From Trichosphaerium sp. ATCC 40318 (lineage: Eukaryota; Protista; Tubulinea): a stretch of 64,000 bases of DNA. Positions within the stretch are counted from its first letter, which is position 1. Every line of letters starts with the position of its first letter. The stretch spans positions 558,001 to 622,000 of the forward strand of contig JALMLS010000455.1 in assembly GCA_038496445.1 (NCBI GenBank), read 5' to 3'. The notes beneath the pieces were generated by a model. The model worked only from the letters and a program-made list of their open reading frames with translations, had not been told where the DNA came from and did not search any database. The translations under genes were made by a program, and so were the position numbers. This document shows, in pieces, positions 13,540 through 29,321 of this stretch.

Positions 13540-15348
13540 TTAGAAGATGTTTGTTTGAATAAATTCACTAAGTAACCATGCTTGCGGCCTAACTTAACAT
13601 GTGTATTTCGGATTCTTAGTGTTCGCACATTTTCAAAGGCACCTAAGAAAAGAATCTGTACGCCATAACGAAGCACTTATGGAAACTTGGGTTTACGAAA
13701 ATTGGTTGCTTTTTACTATGTCAGTATGTAAGTCACGTGTTTGATATTCCTAAAATTTTCGAATTAGCGTTGTTAATTTGATAACGCTTTTAGATGAGTA
13801 TTCCTTGTACATGATTAGACACTCAAACTCAGACTTGTAATCTTTTCGCTAATTATTGGAGGCAGGCTTGTAAATACTCTGCGGTTAGAAACCGTGCAAC
13901 GTGAAAATGTCTTCTTTACTGAAAATGTAGCGATTACTGGCATCGCTTGTTTATCTACCATTGAGTGTATACTATTTCAGCACTACTAGCTACCCAATAT
14001 AGCCAGTAAGCTGCTGGTATTTATACATCCAAACTGTACGATTTCAATCAATACGTTTTGTTCGACAGTCAGTTACAAACTAGTAGCAAAACAGTTTTAT
14101 GATACCAACAACAACTTTGAAGGGTTCGTGTACCCTCAACGGATTACAAGGAACCATACAACCAGTCAAAAAAGTGCGAAGTGTTTCCTCGGGAAAAAAT
14201 TCACAATGTAGATAACTCACCGTTCTAATTCTTTAGTAGTATGCCCGCACCAAAAGACTACTGCTTTTTGTGAACTCCAAAAACCGAAACAACACAATAG
14301 TAGGTGATTCGATATGTTGTATTGACTTCACTCGTCCATGGAATAGTTTGTACTTGAGTAGTCCGTACTGAAAGTGATTCACTATAAACACCTAATACAG
14401 CCATGCTCGCTTGAGTTCAGTACTAAGAGACTAGGCAAGGTTTTTTCAATCATAAAGCAAGCTTGTGATATGAAACACTCTTTCTTTCCTGTATTTTTCG
14501 CTGTATCTGTCATGCATCCATGAAACCCTTGTAGAATATTGCAATAGGTATACTTCATAGTCATGTGTATATCACAAATGAAAGCAAAGCTGGGACCAAC
14601 AGGGTTCCTTGTTCCTTTTTTCAGCGTACTCTAGTTGAGATGTACTTTACAGCTATTTTAACGAGCGTATCACAGGTGTGTTACCATAACAAAAACTGCA
14701 GCATCACGCTAGTTGTAAACCATCAAGCATCAAAATGATTATTGCATCCTATATAGATAACCACGAACTCACTTTGAAACGCTCGCCACGGTACGTCACA
14801 ATTTTATTTTAGGTTTCAAAGAATACTAAGACAATTTAATGTACACAAAGTTAGCAACAAAAAAAAAGCCTGCGAACACACTTCTCTACTTTTTTATTAC
14901 AACCGATTAGGGAATAAGTCAATGAGAAGATACTATTCTCCCACGTGATTTTCAATACAAAAAAAAAAACAAAAAAGAACGAGATTTCTCGTGGTGACAC
15001 GGTCAGACTATCTCAACGAAATCACTTTATATTAACGCCAAGTAAGTATAGGGATAAAAAAGATTTGAAATCGACTCGATTTTTCTTTCGTCGCGAAAAA
15101 AACAAACTCAAAACGTGATTTTTGTTGAAAGCGTCTTTATTTCTTTTTATACGTGCCTGTAGTACTTACCGAAGATATCGGACACTATATTTCTTTTACA
15201 CGACGCTTTTTATCCCGAACACAAAAGTGCACGATAATAATGTGTGCACGTGAAAAGCGAGCAGTTTTTGACACTCATCTTTTCATAAAATAAGCCAACA
15301 CAACATCAAACCAACGGCTCCTACCATTAACATAACAATAAGGAGACG

Positions 15349-18300
15349 ATGTACAAACAAACAACACAAGTACGTGATCATCCTTGATCCACCCAACCAA
15401 CAAAACCAAAAGACAAGAAGACTGCCTCTTTGTCAAGCAGTTTATTTCACTTTCTTTCTATCGCTCTCTTACAATCTTCTCGTAGACTACATTTCTTGTA
15501 TCATTTTTTCTTCTCGTAGCTCTTGCTACTGGAGACTATGTAGTAGTATTGGGAAACTACAATTTCTTCACTGGATCTGAAATATGCGAGAGCCAACACG
15601 GCTCAACCCTCGCGATAATCAACAGTGAGCAAGACAACTTAGACGCAGCAAACGCTTGCTTGGAATCCGGCTCTCCGGCTTGTATTATTGGAGCCAACGA
15701 CAGGGGAACTGAAGGTACCCAACACTTTTCATTGTAGTATTTGTGAACATTCACACGTTTTCTCTTTACCTTTGTTCTTGCTTCTATCAATCTTTCTATT
15801 CATCGTTTTCTCTTTCCACTTTCTTTCACGATAACTACTTGTTCTCACATTGCTTTCAGGTGTCTTATTTTGGTCTGATAACTCTCCTGTCTCATACAGC
15901 AACTTCTTTGCAAACAACAACGACGCTAGCAATGATTGTGTAACAATGCTAACTGGCCAAGATTTCTTTGAAAAGTGGACTTTCATTTCCTGCTCCGAAA
16001 CCTTTTTGCCAGTACTATGTAACCTTCCAACTGAAGTACTTGAAGGAGAGTATGTCGCCATAGAAGGTTCATTCGACATTACAAATGGACAACCAGCTTG
16101 CATGGAAACATACGGCACTGATCTAGCAAGAATCACAAGTGAATCAGACAACCAAGCTGCAAGGGAAGCATGTGTTTCATCAGGTGCCACAGAGTGTCTG
16201 ATAGGTGCTAGCGACATGGCTAGCGAAGGTACTTTAATTTAACTATTTATTTGTGTCCTTACTTGGAGTTCTAGGTACTTTTGTATGGTTTGACGGTACA
16301 TCAGTTGATTATTCAAACTTTGCTCCTGGCCAAGAAAATAATGGTTTCTTTGATTGCGCGAGTATTCAGTCTACTGGATTGTGGAACTACGAGATATGCG
16401 AAGAGCCAACAAGACTTTCAGTTCTTTGTAATGCTCCGGTACCTTCACCTACTACCCCACCTCCCACAGTCGCACCTACAGCAGCACCAACAGCTCCACC
16501 AACAGTAGCGCCAACAGCGGCACCAACAATGCAACCTACAACGCTGCCACCAACAACTGTTCCTCCAACAACGCTGCCACCTACAACGCTTCCTCCAACA
16601 ACAGAACCTCCAACTACTTTGCCGCCAACTACACTTCCTCCAACCACACTACCGCCTACAACAGCACCTCCGACTACGTTGCCACCTACCACGCTCCCAC
16701 CAACAACTGTTCCTCCAACCACACTACCGCCTACAACAGCACCTCCGACTACTTTGCCTCCTACAACTGAACCTCCAACGACAGAGCCTCCTACCACAGA
16801 ACCACCTACAACGCTACCTCCTACTACTTTGCCTCCTACAACGGAACCACCTACTACTTTGCCTCCTACCACGGAACCTCCTACAACAGAGCCACCAACA
16901 ACTGAACCACCTACAACACTGCCACCAACCACATTACCTCCTACAACGGAGCCTCCAACAACTGAACCACCAACGACTGAGCCTCCTACCACTCAACCCC
17001 CAACTACTGAGCCACCTACAACGCAACCACCTACCACGAAGCCTCCTACCACGGAACCTCCTACAACAGAACCACCAACAACTGAACCTCCTACAACACT
17101 GCCACCAACTACGTTGCCACCTACAACGTTTCCACCAACTACAGCTCCACCTACCACTCAACCACCAACAACAGAGCCACCTACAACGGAACCTCCAACT
17201 ACGGAACCACCAACAACGTTACCTCCAACTACAGAGCCACCTACAACGCAACCACCTACCACGGAGCCTCCTACCACTCAACCCCCAACTACTGAGCCAC
17301 CTACAACGCAACCACCTACCACGGAGCCTCCTACCACGGAACCGCCAACAACTGAGCCACCAACCACTCAACCACCAACAACAGAGCCTCCAACAACACA
17401 ACCACCTACCACTGAGCCGCCAACAACACAGGTACTTAGTAGATTTGCCAATTAGTACTAATGGTTATAGCCTCCAACTACACTACCTCCAACGACGCTA
17501 CCTCCAACTACACTGCCTCCAACGACGGAACCACCAACAACCGAACCACCAACTACAGAACCTCCTACCACTGAACCACCTACAACGGCACCACCAACTA
17601 CAGAGCCACCTACAACGGAACCTCCAACAACTGAACCACCAACAACTCAACCACCTACAACTGAGCCACCTACCACGGAACCACCTACAACCGAACCACC
17701 AACTACAGAACCTCCAACAACTGAACCACCTACAACTGCACCACCTACAACGGCACCACCAACTACAGAGCCACCTACAACGGAACCTCCAACTACGGAA
17801 CCCCCTACTACGGAACCTCCAACGACCACACCACCTACAACGTTACCACCAACTACAGCTCCACCTACTACTCAACCACCAACCACTGAGCCACCTACAA
17901 CGCAACCACCTACCACAGAGCCTCCTACCACAGAACCTCCAACTACTGAGCCACCAACAACTCAACCACCTACAACGGCACCACCAACTACAGAGCCACC
18001 TACAACGGAACCTCCAACTACTGAGCCACCAACAACTCAACCTCCAACAACACTGCCACCAACTACTTTACCACCGACAACTGAGCCTCCAACTACCACT
18101 CCACCTACAACTACTCCACCTACTACTGAACCCCCAACGACGGAACCGCCTACAACTGAACCTCCAACAACTGAGCCACCAACCACACTCCCTCCAACAA
18201 CGGAGCCTCCAACGACCACTCCGCCTACAACGCAACCTCCTACAACAGAGCCGCCTACAACAGAACCTCCTACTACAGCGCCTCCAACAACGGAACCTCC

Positions 18301-19620
18301 AACAACGCTTCCACCTACAACGCTTCCACCAACGACGGCTCCACCTACTACACAACCACCTACAACGGAACCTCCTACAACAGAGCCACCTACAACTGAG
18401 CCGCCAACGACTGAACCCCCAACAACGTTACCACCTACTACTCAACCACCTACAACGGAACCTCCTACAAGTGAGCCGCCTACAACGGAACCTCCAACAA
18501 CGCACCCTCCTACTACAGAACCGCCAACTACAGAGCCTCCAACAACGGAACCACCAACAACGGCACCTCCAACAACGGAACCACCAACTACAGCTCCACC
18601 AACAACTCAAGCTCCAACTACTTTCGCTCCCACAACACTCCCACCAACACGTGCTCTGGACACATGTACAGGATGTTCTTGTACAGTATCCTCAGATGAA
18701 TGTTCCTCATGCCATACAACAGCATGTGCCGCATGTGATTTTACAAACCCACTTTGCTTGACTATAACATCTAGCAACATACCAGGTACGATTTCAATCT
18801 CAAGCACTACCAATAAAGCTTACTTTGTATTTCTAGGTCTAGAAATTGACATGGGTTCTCTTGTAATACCTTGTTTGATCATTAGCGAAGATGTTACTCT
18901 AGCACATGGCGTGCAAGGTTCAAGTGGAAATGACTGTATTCAAGTCCTTTCTGGTGCTTCTATTGTTCATGACATATACCTCGGAGCAGGCGATGATTGT
19001 TTAGAAGCCACAGGAAGTACATACATTCCACCAGTACACGGAGGTACGCTAACACAAAGGTTTTCTTAACTTGCAGTCGTTTTTCTGACTTTGTTTTTTA
19101 GAGTCTGGCTTTGATGCTATTGATGCTTCTGATGTACAATCAATCGAAAACATTGATCTTGGTGGAGATGATGACTGTGTTAAACTAAGCAACACCAATG
19201 TTCTCCAAACAGTAGACATGATAAGTGGCAGCAACTGTCTTATCGCTGATGGAGCTTCAATGCAATTCATCAATACAGGAGACGATCAGAACTGTATTGG
19301 ACTAACAAGTACAACTGTTTCCAACGAAATTATAGGTACGTTAATACTTCGCACTCACTAAAAAATCACGTGTTTTCTGCAAACGATAGAAAACTAAATT
19401 TTTTTCAACAGGTGGAGATGGTGAAACTTGTTTTGATCTCAACACTGTTCTTGGAGACTTCAACCTTTTCGGCGGTAGCGCCGATGATACACTTGTTTTG
19501 GTTGATTCTGATGTCCGAGAACTTGATCCAAAGGGAGGAAGCGACTGTGTAATGCTCTCCAACACTAATGTTGATCAACTCGTCGGAACAGGAGATGATA
19601 TCATCAAAGTGTCCTTGTAA
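15349..19620 (+). CDS. Secreted mucin-like protein: signal peptide, 2 C-type lectin domains, long PPTTx stalk, Cys-rich linker, RTX-like repeat C-terminus
   Basis: CTLD motifs (C...LAIINSEQDN...CIIGAND...FWSDNSPVSYSNF...CV; repeated a second time), pentapeptide array, TCTGCSCTVSSDECSSCHTTACAAC, then GxGxDCh repeats, ending at TAA 19618-19620. Confidence 0.9.
16450..18648 (+). repeat. Coding 15-bp minisatellite (~140 units) encoding PPTT[E/L/Q/A/V]
   Basis: ccN ccN acN acN NNN units with heavy synonymous variation, interrupted by one 39-nt intron (17432-17470). Confidence 0.95.
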
Positions 19621-20038
19621 ATAAAATTAAACTCTTTTTCCAGATTCCATAAGTTTGTAGTGGAGGTTTTTTGAAACAAAGTCCGGTTAAACGAGGGCAA
19701 CACTGCGAACATACAAAATAATATTTGGGCAAAGGTTTAGCACTAGTCTTACTTAACATAATGAACGTAACTTAATTCAGAAATCGCTAAGCGTACCACC
19801 AAACTTTTCACAGTTGAAAGTTTTCCTCGTTCTTAAGCATCAGCACAATGTTTCGCGACGGGCTGTCCATTCAACTCGATTTTTGGGTTACTTTACGTTG
19901 TCAACCGAAAGTGAATAGGCTCGTTAATCGCTTGCATTCACGCCCTACCTACAAAGTACACTAGAGCGTGAACAAATAGAAATCAACACGTGTCAATTCT
20001 TTTTATTGACATTGGGGTATGTGGTACAGAAATATTTC

Positions 20039-22300
<2,262 letters not shown>

Positions 22301-22479
22301 TTTTCCTTTTTATCTGAAGTAACAAATTAGTCGATGAAAAATCTTGACCTATGATCCAGGATTTGCTCTTGTGCTAGTGTACTCGCTTATTCTAAGAAAA
22401 GCTGTATTTGACGAGAAGATCATCGAACTCGGGTTTAGAATGGTAGTCAAAAAAAGAGAGCGTGGAATACAATGTCAAC

Positions 22480-22924
22480 GCTGGACAACAAGTTGTTTTT
22501 ACACTTCTCTTAACATCTGATTAAAGAGCCTACACCGTCACGTATCTTAACGGCGCTCCCAAGCACCATCAGTGCTTTATATGCGCCCTTGGCGATAAAC
22601 AAGTGTTCCAAAAGTATCACTTGTTGGCCATCGCAGCTGCTACAAATACTCACCTTACAATACGCTATGCAAGAAGGGAACTTGGAAAAGCTGGTATTCA
22701 ACATAGTTGGAGCAAAATTTTATGAGAATGGCAACTTGAGAAAAACTATGTTCTTCAAACACAGCCAAGATGAAAGTTTTAACAAAGAAATGCTCACAAA
22801 AGGTAATCTGAAGGTTATAAACAGAAAAATATGTCCTAGACAACTGTTCGTTTATGAAAGCGGAACATCGTCAACTCGCAGAGAAAATGAACTGAAACAA
22901 ATTGAAGCAGCTATGGATGTTTAA
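22480..22924 (+). pseudogene. Decayed MORN-variant (MORN_2/YwqK-like) repeat remnant
   Basis: KFYENGNLRKTMFF, VYESG and an upstream out-of-frame TYLNG. No clean ATG-started ORF, no introns. Confidence 0.4.
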
Positions 22925-23069
22925 ACAAAACAATAATAAAATACAATGTACTTTTACACTACCACAACGTTGAGGACCTTGACTACGAATTTTAAGACAG
23001 TTAACATCTTTATTAGAGCAAGCTCTGGAAACTTAAGGCTTGTACTAAGGTTGGAGGCACTTTTTAATG

Positions 23070-25480
23070 CTAACTGGTACCATAGCAACCAGATTCGTTT
23101 GGTCCTGTCTGACTCATCCATACTGATTCACGCCAATTTTGTAGTTCGAGTTTCATTTGTTTAGCAAGGTCCAAATGCTGGCTTTTTACGTCATGCTATT
23201 TCATGAAGACTCAGTAATGGGTAAAGCATTACGAACTGCGCAGTTCAAAGACACGCAAAAAAAATCCAGAAAAAAGAAGTTATTGACTTACCTGTTCGCT
23301 GAAGTCTTCAACCACGTTGTACAAATATGTTTCGCTGATCTTTCCTTTATTTGGACTACTATCATCCTTTTCTGAACCAAAAACGTAAGAAAAACGTCTT
23401 GGTTATGTAAACACGTGACTGTACCTATTTTTGCATATAACTTCCACTCATTGTCTACCCAAGTAGCATGCCAACCGTAATCCATACTAACAGATTCATA
23501 AGACATTGAAAGAGGTGCAGGATATCAAGTTTGCGTACTTTGCACCATTGCCACTGCCAATATCAAACTCGAATCCAACAGGCTTAGATCTATTCGACGA
23601 CGCTGGATTTTCAAGAGTTGGAATCAAAGACATACCATCCAACGGCCAAGAAGAGTTAGGTTCTAGCTTTAGAATATCCATCACTGTAGGCAAGAAGTCT
23701 ATGAAAGAGAATCAACAACTAAGTGCCTTCACAGAGAGTATTTCTTACCAGAAGAAACAGCGGGAAACGAAGTATGAGCATTCTTTGTGATTTTTTTAGG
23801 CCACTCTATCATCCCGGCAACACGAACTCCACCTTCAAACAAAGATCGTTTACGGCCCCTTTGATGAGAAATACCGTTACAAATCACCACTATAAATGAA
23901 TTGGGAGTACCTCAATCCGTTAGTTGATCCAGGCCAATCGGTACTTCCGTACGGACCAGCACCATCTCCCTAAAAGAAAATAATCATTGCTCCTGATAAA
24001 AAAGAAAGAAATCAAAAACCCACGTGCCGCAGGTCCATTATCTGCTGTAAACCATAACATAGTATTATCGGCAACATCATGTTCTTTGAGAAGATCACGA
24101 ACCCTTCCAACCTGTACATCAAGAGCAGAAAGATCACCAAAGTAATCCAGTTGCGCTGAAGAGTAGTTTGGGTTTTTATTTTGGTAGTACTCCCTCCATT
24201 TTGGTGTGGCAAGAAATTCAACATGAACAGCCTAAAGGAGAGAACCATTTAATGAATATATAAGGAAACAACAAAATTTGGCGCACGTGAAGCCATATCA
24301 AAACCATGAAAGGACCTTCTTTGTTTTCCTTTAGGAAATCTTCAAAATGATCTACCAACCATTCGCTATCATCTCCTGTTTCCATAGAAGTCTCATTTTT
24401 AATACCATCAGGTGATGTATTGTCTTCCATCCAATAGTTAACGCAGGCGAAATGAGATCCACCTAATAATCGTAGGTTGTTAACATAAAAACATTTTGTA
24501 GTCAGGGTTTTTTCTAAACAGCTGAAGTGTTTTTGAGATACCATAGTGTCCAGTAATACAACTTCCAGTAAAGGGAGGAAAACAACCACAATTCATCGTA
24601 GCTGATGGTGCGCTTCTCTCTGTAGAGTACCTTCAAGACGTCACAATGGCTATTCTTAAACAAATCTTAAGGTACCAAGAGTCAAATCCGTGCATTCCTG
24701 GGTGCGAAACTGGCCATTTCTTGTTGCCTCCTGTTTGACTAGTGAGTGATCTACAGCTCAAAATATGGTATACGTGCCTGTAAGCTTTTTAAAATCACCG
24801 AGATGCCTTGCGAAATCATTAACTACAAAAGCAAATGTTTTTTGTTAATACCATTTTCCTATATGTTTAGTTGTATATCCTGCTTGTTTAGCAGCTTCAG
24901 CAACTGTGAAAACGCTTGATAACACATAAGTAAGGAAATTATATTGATTAGGTATCATACTCGGTTGGTAGGGCCATTTTCTCGGGTTTGGCAAAGTCAG
25001 GAGTATCTTCAATAGTGTCAACAAAGTAACAAAAACTAACTGTTGTACGTACTACCCCCAACATTAGCAGTGTAAATACATTCTCTATTATGATTACGAC
25101 CAGTAAGTACTGTAGATCTTGTAGGAGAACAGACAGGTCCACCAGAATAAAACCTAAACCAAAAAATAAATCACGTGTGGTTGACTAAGAAAAGTAGAGC
25201 AACCTTTCAAAAACCACTGTATTTCGGGAAGTTGACATTGCGTCTAGATTAGGTGTAGAAGCCTTGAAGAAAGAGTTGTGCGTCGATGGAGATATTAAGA
25301 CGTACAGTTCCGTTATTATAACCCATGTCACCCCAACCCATGTCCTACACAACGTAAATTAGTTTCCTTCATTTTTTTAGTTTATTGACTTACGTCAGCG
25401 AGTATAAAGACGAAATTCGGCTTTTGGGCATAGGAAACTGATAAAAGTACCACCAGTACTAGAATAAGCAACTTTGGCAT
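23070..25480 (-). CDS. Secreted/lysosomal formylglycine-dependent sulfatase (arylsulfatase-like)
   Basis: Signal peptide; [16 protein letters not shown]; TPNLD; [12 protein letters not shown] (CxPxR); GYTT..GKWHLG; GFD; ADNGP; [14 protein letters not shown]; DFLPT; DGMSL. Confidence 0.93.
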
Positions 25481-26789
25481 GTTTTTCAAACTTCACGTGC
25501 GTGTAAAATCGAAAAACTGAAAACTTTGCAAAGTCAGTTTGACCCAAAATACATTAAGTCAGAGGCACTTAACTGTGGCTAGTACGACAGATTATGGCTA
25601 TGATCTGGTCATGCCTTAGGCCTTACAAATATTCGTTACAAGTTAAACTTTGTCTCAGATGGGACCGAAATAAGATACTAGCAAAAGTGTTTGGTTTTCA
25701 CGTGCTACAGGCATGTAGTGCTTCACTTCGTTAAATCAACGCTCATAGTACTAGCGTTGCTATGTTGAAGGAAAGTTAACAGCGGGTTTCAGGAGGTTGT
25801 GGATTTTCACTAAAACCATTTTCGGCTTTTTTGCATCTCGCTCACAACACTCAGTACAAATAGTAGACTTGACTCTCCTAGGCACACAAAGGCCTTACAC
25901 AAGCAGAAAAGTTTAAGTGGAAAGTCGACAAGTTATTTATTAGGTTGGGTACGTTCAAATTAGACTAGGTGCTGTCAAAGCACAAAGAGACTTAGAACTA
26001 CTAGAGCTGACATTAATTTAAAGAGTTTTCTTCGGATTGGAAAGGTGCTAGATGGTGAAGTACAGGTATTGCATAAATTAGCATAGTTGGCATAACGCCC
26101 TTCCGTTATGGATGAATAATTTGAATATTCAAATACAGCCTACATTCACAAATATTAACGACTAAAAAATTCATTCATTATTCATGCACACAGTAAACGG
26201 TCGAAAATTGTGCAATTTGATGGCTTCATCCCAAAATGTAATAATTTGCTATTCAAATAAAGCCTTCAAGCACAGCATGACAAACTACTGATATTTTTAA
26301 GTTTTTTGATTACAGTGACACGTGATATTTCCAGTTTTTAGATTGAATAAAATCGTTTACTGTTAATCATTCGTACTTTCTCATGTAAAGAACCGTGGTA
26401 TTTGTTCGATGTTTCTCGATGGGATTTCACATAAAGAAGTTATTAACAACCTATTGATAGTAGTGGGTGTAGTCACGTTCTTGTGTTGGGGCCATAGTTT
26501 TTTCCGAATTTTCCGAAAACAAATGGTGTTCTGTACTAAAGTCAATTCGAAATTTTCAAAAACAACAAAGATCTAATACATTGTATTAATACTTGCTAAC
26601 GCTAAAAATCGCGAAAGAAGTGCTCGTGCAGCAAAGTGTGTATCGAGAAGACCAAAGTTGGTTGGTCGCATCATTCTTGTTTCACTGACTTTAAAAAAAT
26701 CAAAATCAATAACCAACACAGCACACACAACAACTAAACAAATAAAAAAAGTCCAATCAATATGTCAAACAAACAGGGATCAAGAAACA

Positions 26790-27590
26790 ATGCCAACAAG
26801 ACAAAGAAACGTGTTACTAGAAAAGGACAAGAAAGTTATCTACAATGAAAAGCATGAAGGAATATTAAAGGAATGGAATGAAGACGGCCAGAATAAACAG
26901 CAAAAGGAGTACAAGAATGGTTTATTAAACGGCAAACAATATGTCTACGAGGACGGACAACTTATTAATTGCAATCACTTTGTGAATGGTGAGTTGGATG
27001 GAAAACACCAAGAATGGTACGACAACGGACAAATCAGAAATGGACAACTTATACGTCAGTTTAATGTTAAGGACAACATTCGTCGATTGAAGTAGAGGAT
27101 GAAGAGTATGAAGTTGATAGAAAGAATCGTATGGAAAATCGTCAAGTGTGGAGCGGTTATGGGCACAACAACAGCACGTCATGCCATCATCATCATCATC
27201 ATGATTAGTGGTGTAGTCTTGTGCATAGGAGTCACATGTGTATAGTGTCAAAAACTCCAACTCACCTGTCATTGTAATTTTACTGAAATGTTTATGTAGT
27301 TAAAATGGAGAGGATATAGAGTGGTATCATAATGACAGATGAAAACGTGCTAGCACTATGTTAATGGAAAGGCTGAAGGTGTATCCAGCAGTGGTATGAA
27401 TGTGGACAAATTACTGAAGTCTGTACTAAGAAGGGAGGTAAATGGTAACAAAGAAAAAACATGTTACTTTGTGAACAACAAGTTCGAAAAAGAATACAGA
27501 AACAACAATGGAAAATGACATGGAAAACGGTGTATACAAAGAATGGGGTGAAGATGGCTTGTTAATAAAGATATGTACAATGAAGTATTC
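26790..27590 (+). pseudogene. Intronless MORN-variant (MORN_2/YwqK-like) repeat gene, disrupted
   Basis: KEWNEDGQ..KEYKNGLLNG, HFVNGELDGKHQEWYDNGQI. After an interruption the repeats resume in shifting frames: NGEDIEWYHN, HYVNGKAEG, QWYECGQI, NGVYKEWGEDG. Confidence 0.7.
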
Positions 27591-28129
27591 AAAAAACCAA
27601 TTTGTCGTCTATCAGCATATTATTTTGTTTATTGATGGTGTGATGGTCTTTGTAAAAATTTGGAGCACATCTGTGACGTATGTACATGTTTCTAAACGTA
27701 AATCAACGTGTACAACTTCTCAAATACTTCCATATCAAGACAACCATTCTCCTAAGCGCATACAAGCAGTGTGGGTATTTCTACAGCCAGAACCAAAAAT
27801 ATCACGTGTAGGGTTTTTTTTTGATTCAAAACTGATGTCTCAGAGAACTATTTAATATAAGCTACCACGTGGGTACAATTTGTAGTTTTTATAAAAATAA
27901 CTTTATCACGATTTTCCTCGACAGCTTTTCGTCGCAACCTTCGGATAAATAGTTAATTTACAAGTAACTATTACGAAATTATGTTGATAGTGTTTAATCG
28001 TGTTGTACGATAAAGCCAGCGAGAAAACGAGAAATCTGACCTGACCTCACGACAACACGTCTTCACCGAAACAGCACTCACCATCGGAGGTTCAATTGTA
28101 CACTGTTACTACACAAGCAACCATACAAC

Positions 28130-28888
28130 ATGAACTCATTAGTAGGGAGCAAGAAAAAGACACTATCAACAAAGAAATCAAAGAAACATAGACACAGACC
28201 GAAGTCTTGGGCACCGTTAAGCCTCTCGTTATCTCAACGTTCGAAACAAGTCAGAAAGAGCTTTTCTACAGGTCCTAGAAAACAAAGGCCAAAATCATGG
28301 ACACCACGACATGTCAGCAAGTCTACAGCTCAGCATACGGATAAACAACGTGTAAAGAGTGCTACCATCGGTCCTGAGAGGAATAGAGATAAGAGACAAA
28401 GTGTAATCTTTCATTTCAAAGAAGAAGAAAAAAAGACAGATATTAGACGCCCATACACGGTGAGGTCGCCATTACCAACAACAAGACGAGGAATTATTAG
28501 GAAATCTCCGTTAAAAAAACAAACAGTAACCAGTAGAATGTCAATACAGATTCAAGCAGTACAACAAGCTGGACTACAAGAATGCTGCGTTTGTTTTGAA
28601 GATTTTCCTGGCTGTGAGTTAAAACGCATCTCAGACGAACTTGTATGCCCTGAGTGTTGTCATAAAGCAGAGAAAAAGGAGTCGCCAACACTTGGGACGC
28701 AAACAAACAATCAGAACAATCAAAGACTCAGCAGATTGTCTCAACTCCTTGGGGATATGGATGTCACACGTAAAGGACCTGCTCGTCGTCGTTACACCTT
28801 TAGCGAATACAAACCAACAACGTGTAGAGACTATGCACGCGAGAATCTTACGTACACACTCGCATTGAGAGCAACAGAAGAACAATAA
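28130..28888 (+). CDS. Basic, low-complexity hypothetical protein with a CxxC...CxxC zinc-finger-like motif; 3' end may be extended by splicing to ~29050
   Basis: 252-aa ORF; RPKSW repeated twice; CCVCFEDF...LVCPECCH. Confidence 0.6.
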   Translation: MNSLVGSKKKTLSTKKSKKHRHRPKSWAPLSLSLSQRSKQVRKSFSTGPRKQRPKSWTPRHVSKSTAQHTDKQRVKSATIGPERNRDKRQSVIFHFKEEEKKTDIRRPYTVRSPLPTTRRGIIRKSPLKKQTVTSRMSIQIQAVQQAGLQECCVCFEDFPGCELKRISDELVCPECCHKAEKKESPTLGTQTNNQNNQRLSRLSQLLGDMDVTRKGPARRRYTFSEYKPTTCRDYARENLTYTLALRATEEQ

Positions 28889-29321
28889 ATCTGGTTGTAG
28901 ATTGAAGAGAAGAAAGACCCCTTCAACAAGCTGCGAAGGCTAAAATCTGCAAGATTGCAGACGTTGAACTTCTACAAGAGCGAGCTGTCGCTACGTTTGA
29001 TAAACATTACAAGGCGCGGCGTGAAGAAAAAAGAAAGTTAAAGCGCCCATAAGCAACAATGAGTCAGGGCTTGGAGGACGTAAACAAAAATAAAACGGAG
29101 CAAAATAATTGTTGTCAATAAAAAACATGTAATCTAAAATTCAATCACGTTTGTGTTTTCAGTGAAAAATAAAACTTCTTGAGGTTGTTCGTGTATCTGA
29201 GTGCGAAAAATAAAATACGTATCAAAATAGGTGTTGTGAGTGCAGTAAGATTTTATGAAAAAAAATACAAGTCAGTTTTTTGAAGATTTTTTTTATTTTT
29301 ATTTAATCAAAAGGTATATGT

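Noticed and set aside
16387-18761. Long GGSVV (minus strand) and Q/L/H-rich (alternative plus frame) ORFs
   Set aside because: These are shadow frames of the PPTT coding repeat. Synonymous variation follows the PPTT frame.
19780-19975. Hairpins and GAGCGTGA-like boxes suggesting U3 or another ncRNA
   Set aside because: The required box order (C', B, C, D) is not present. A covariance-model search would be needed.
24730-24780. Additional candidate GC donors (sulfatase GCACGTA here; vatA-like GCAAAC at ~52672)
   Set aside because: In-frame GT-AG alternatives exist, so these were not counted.
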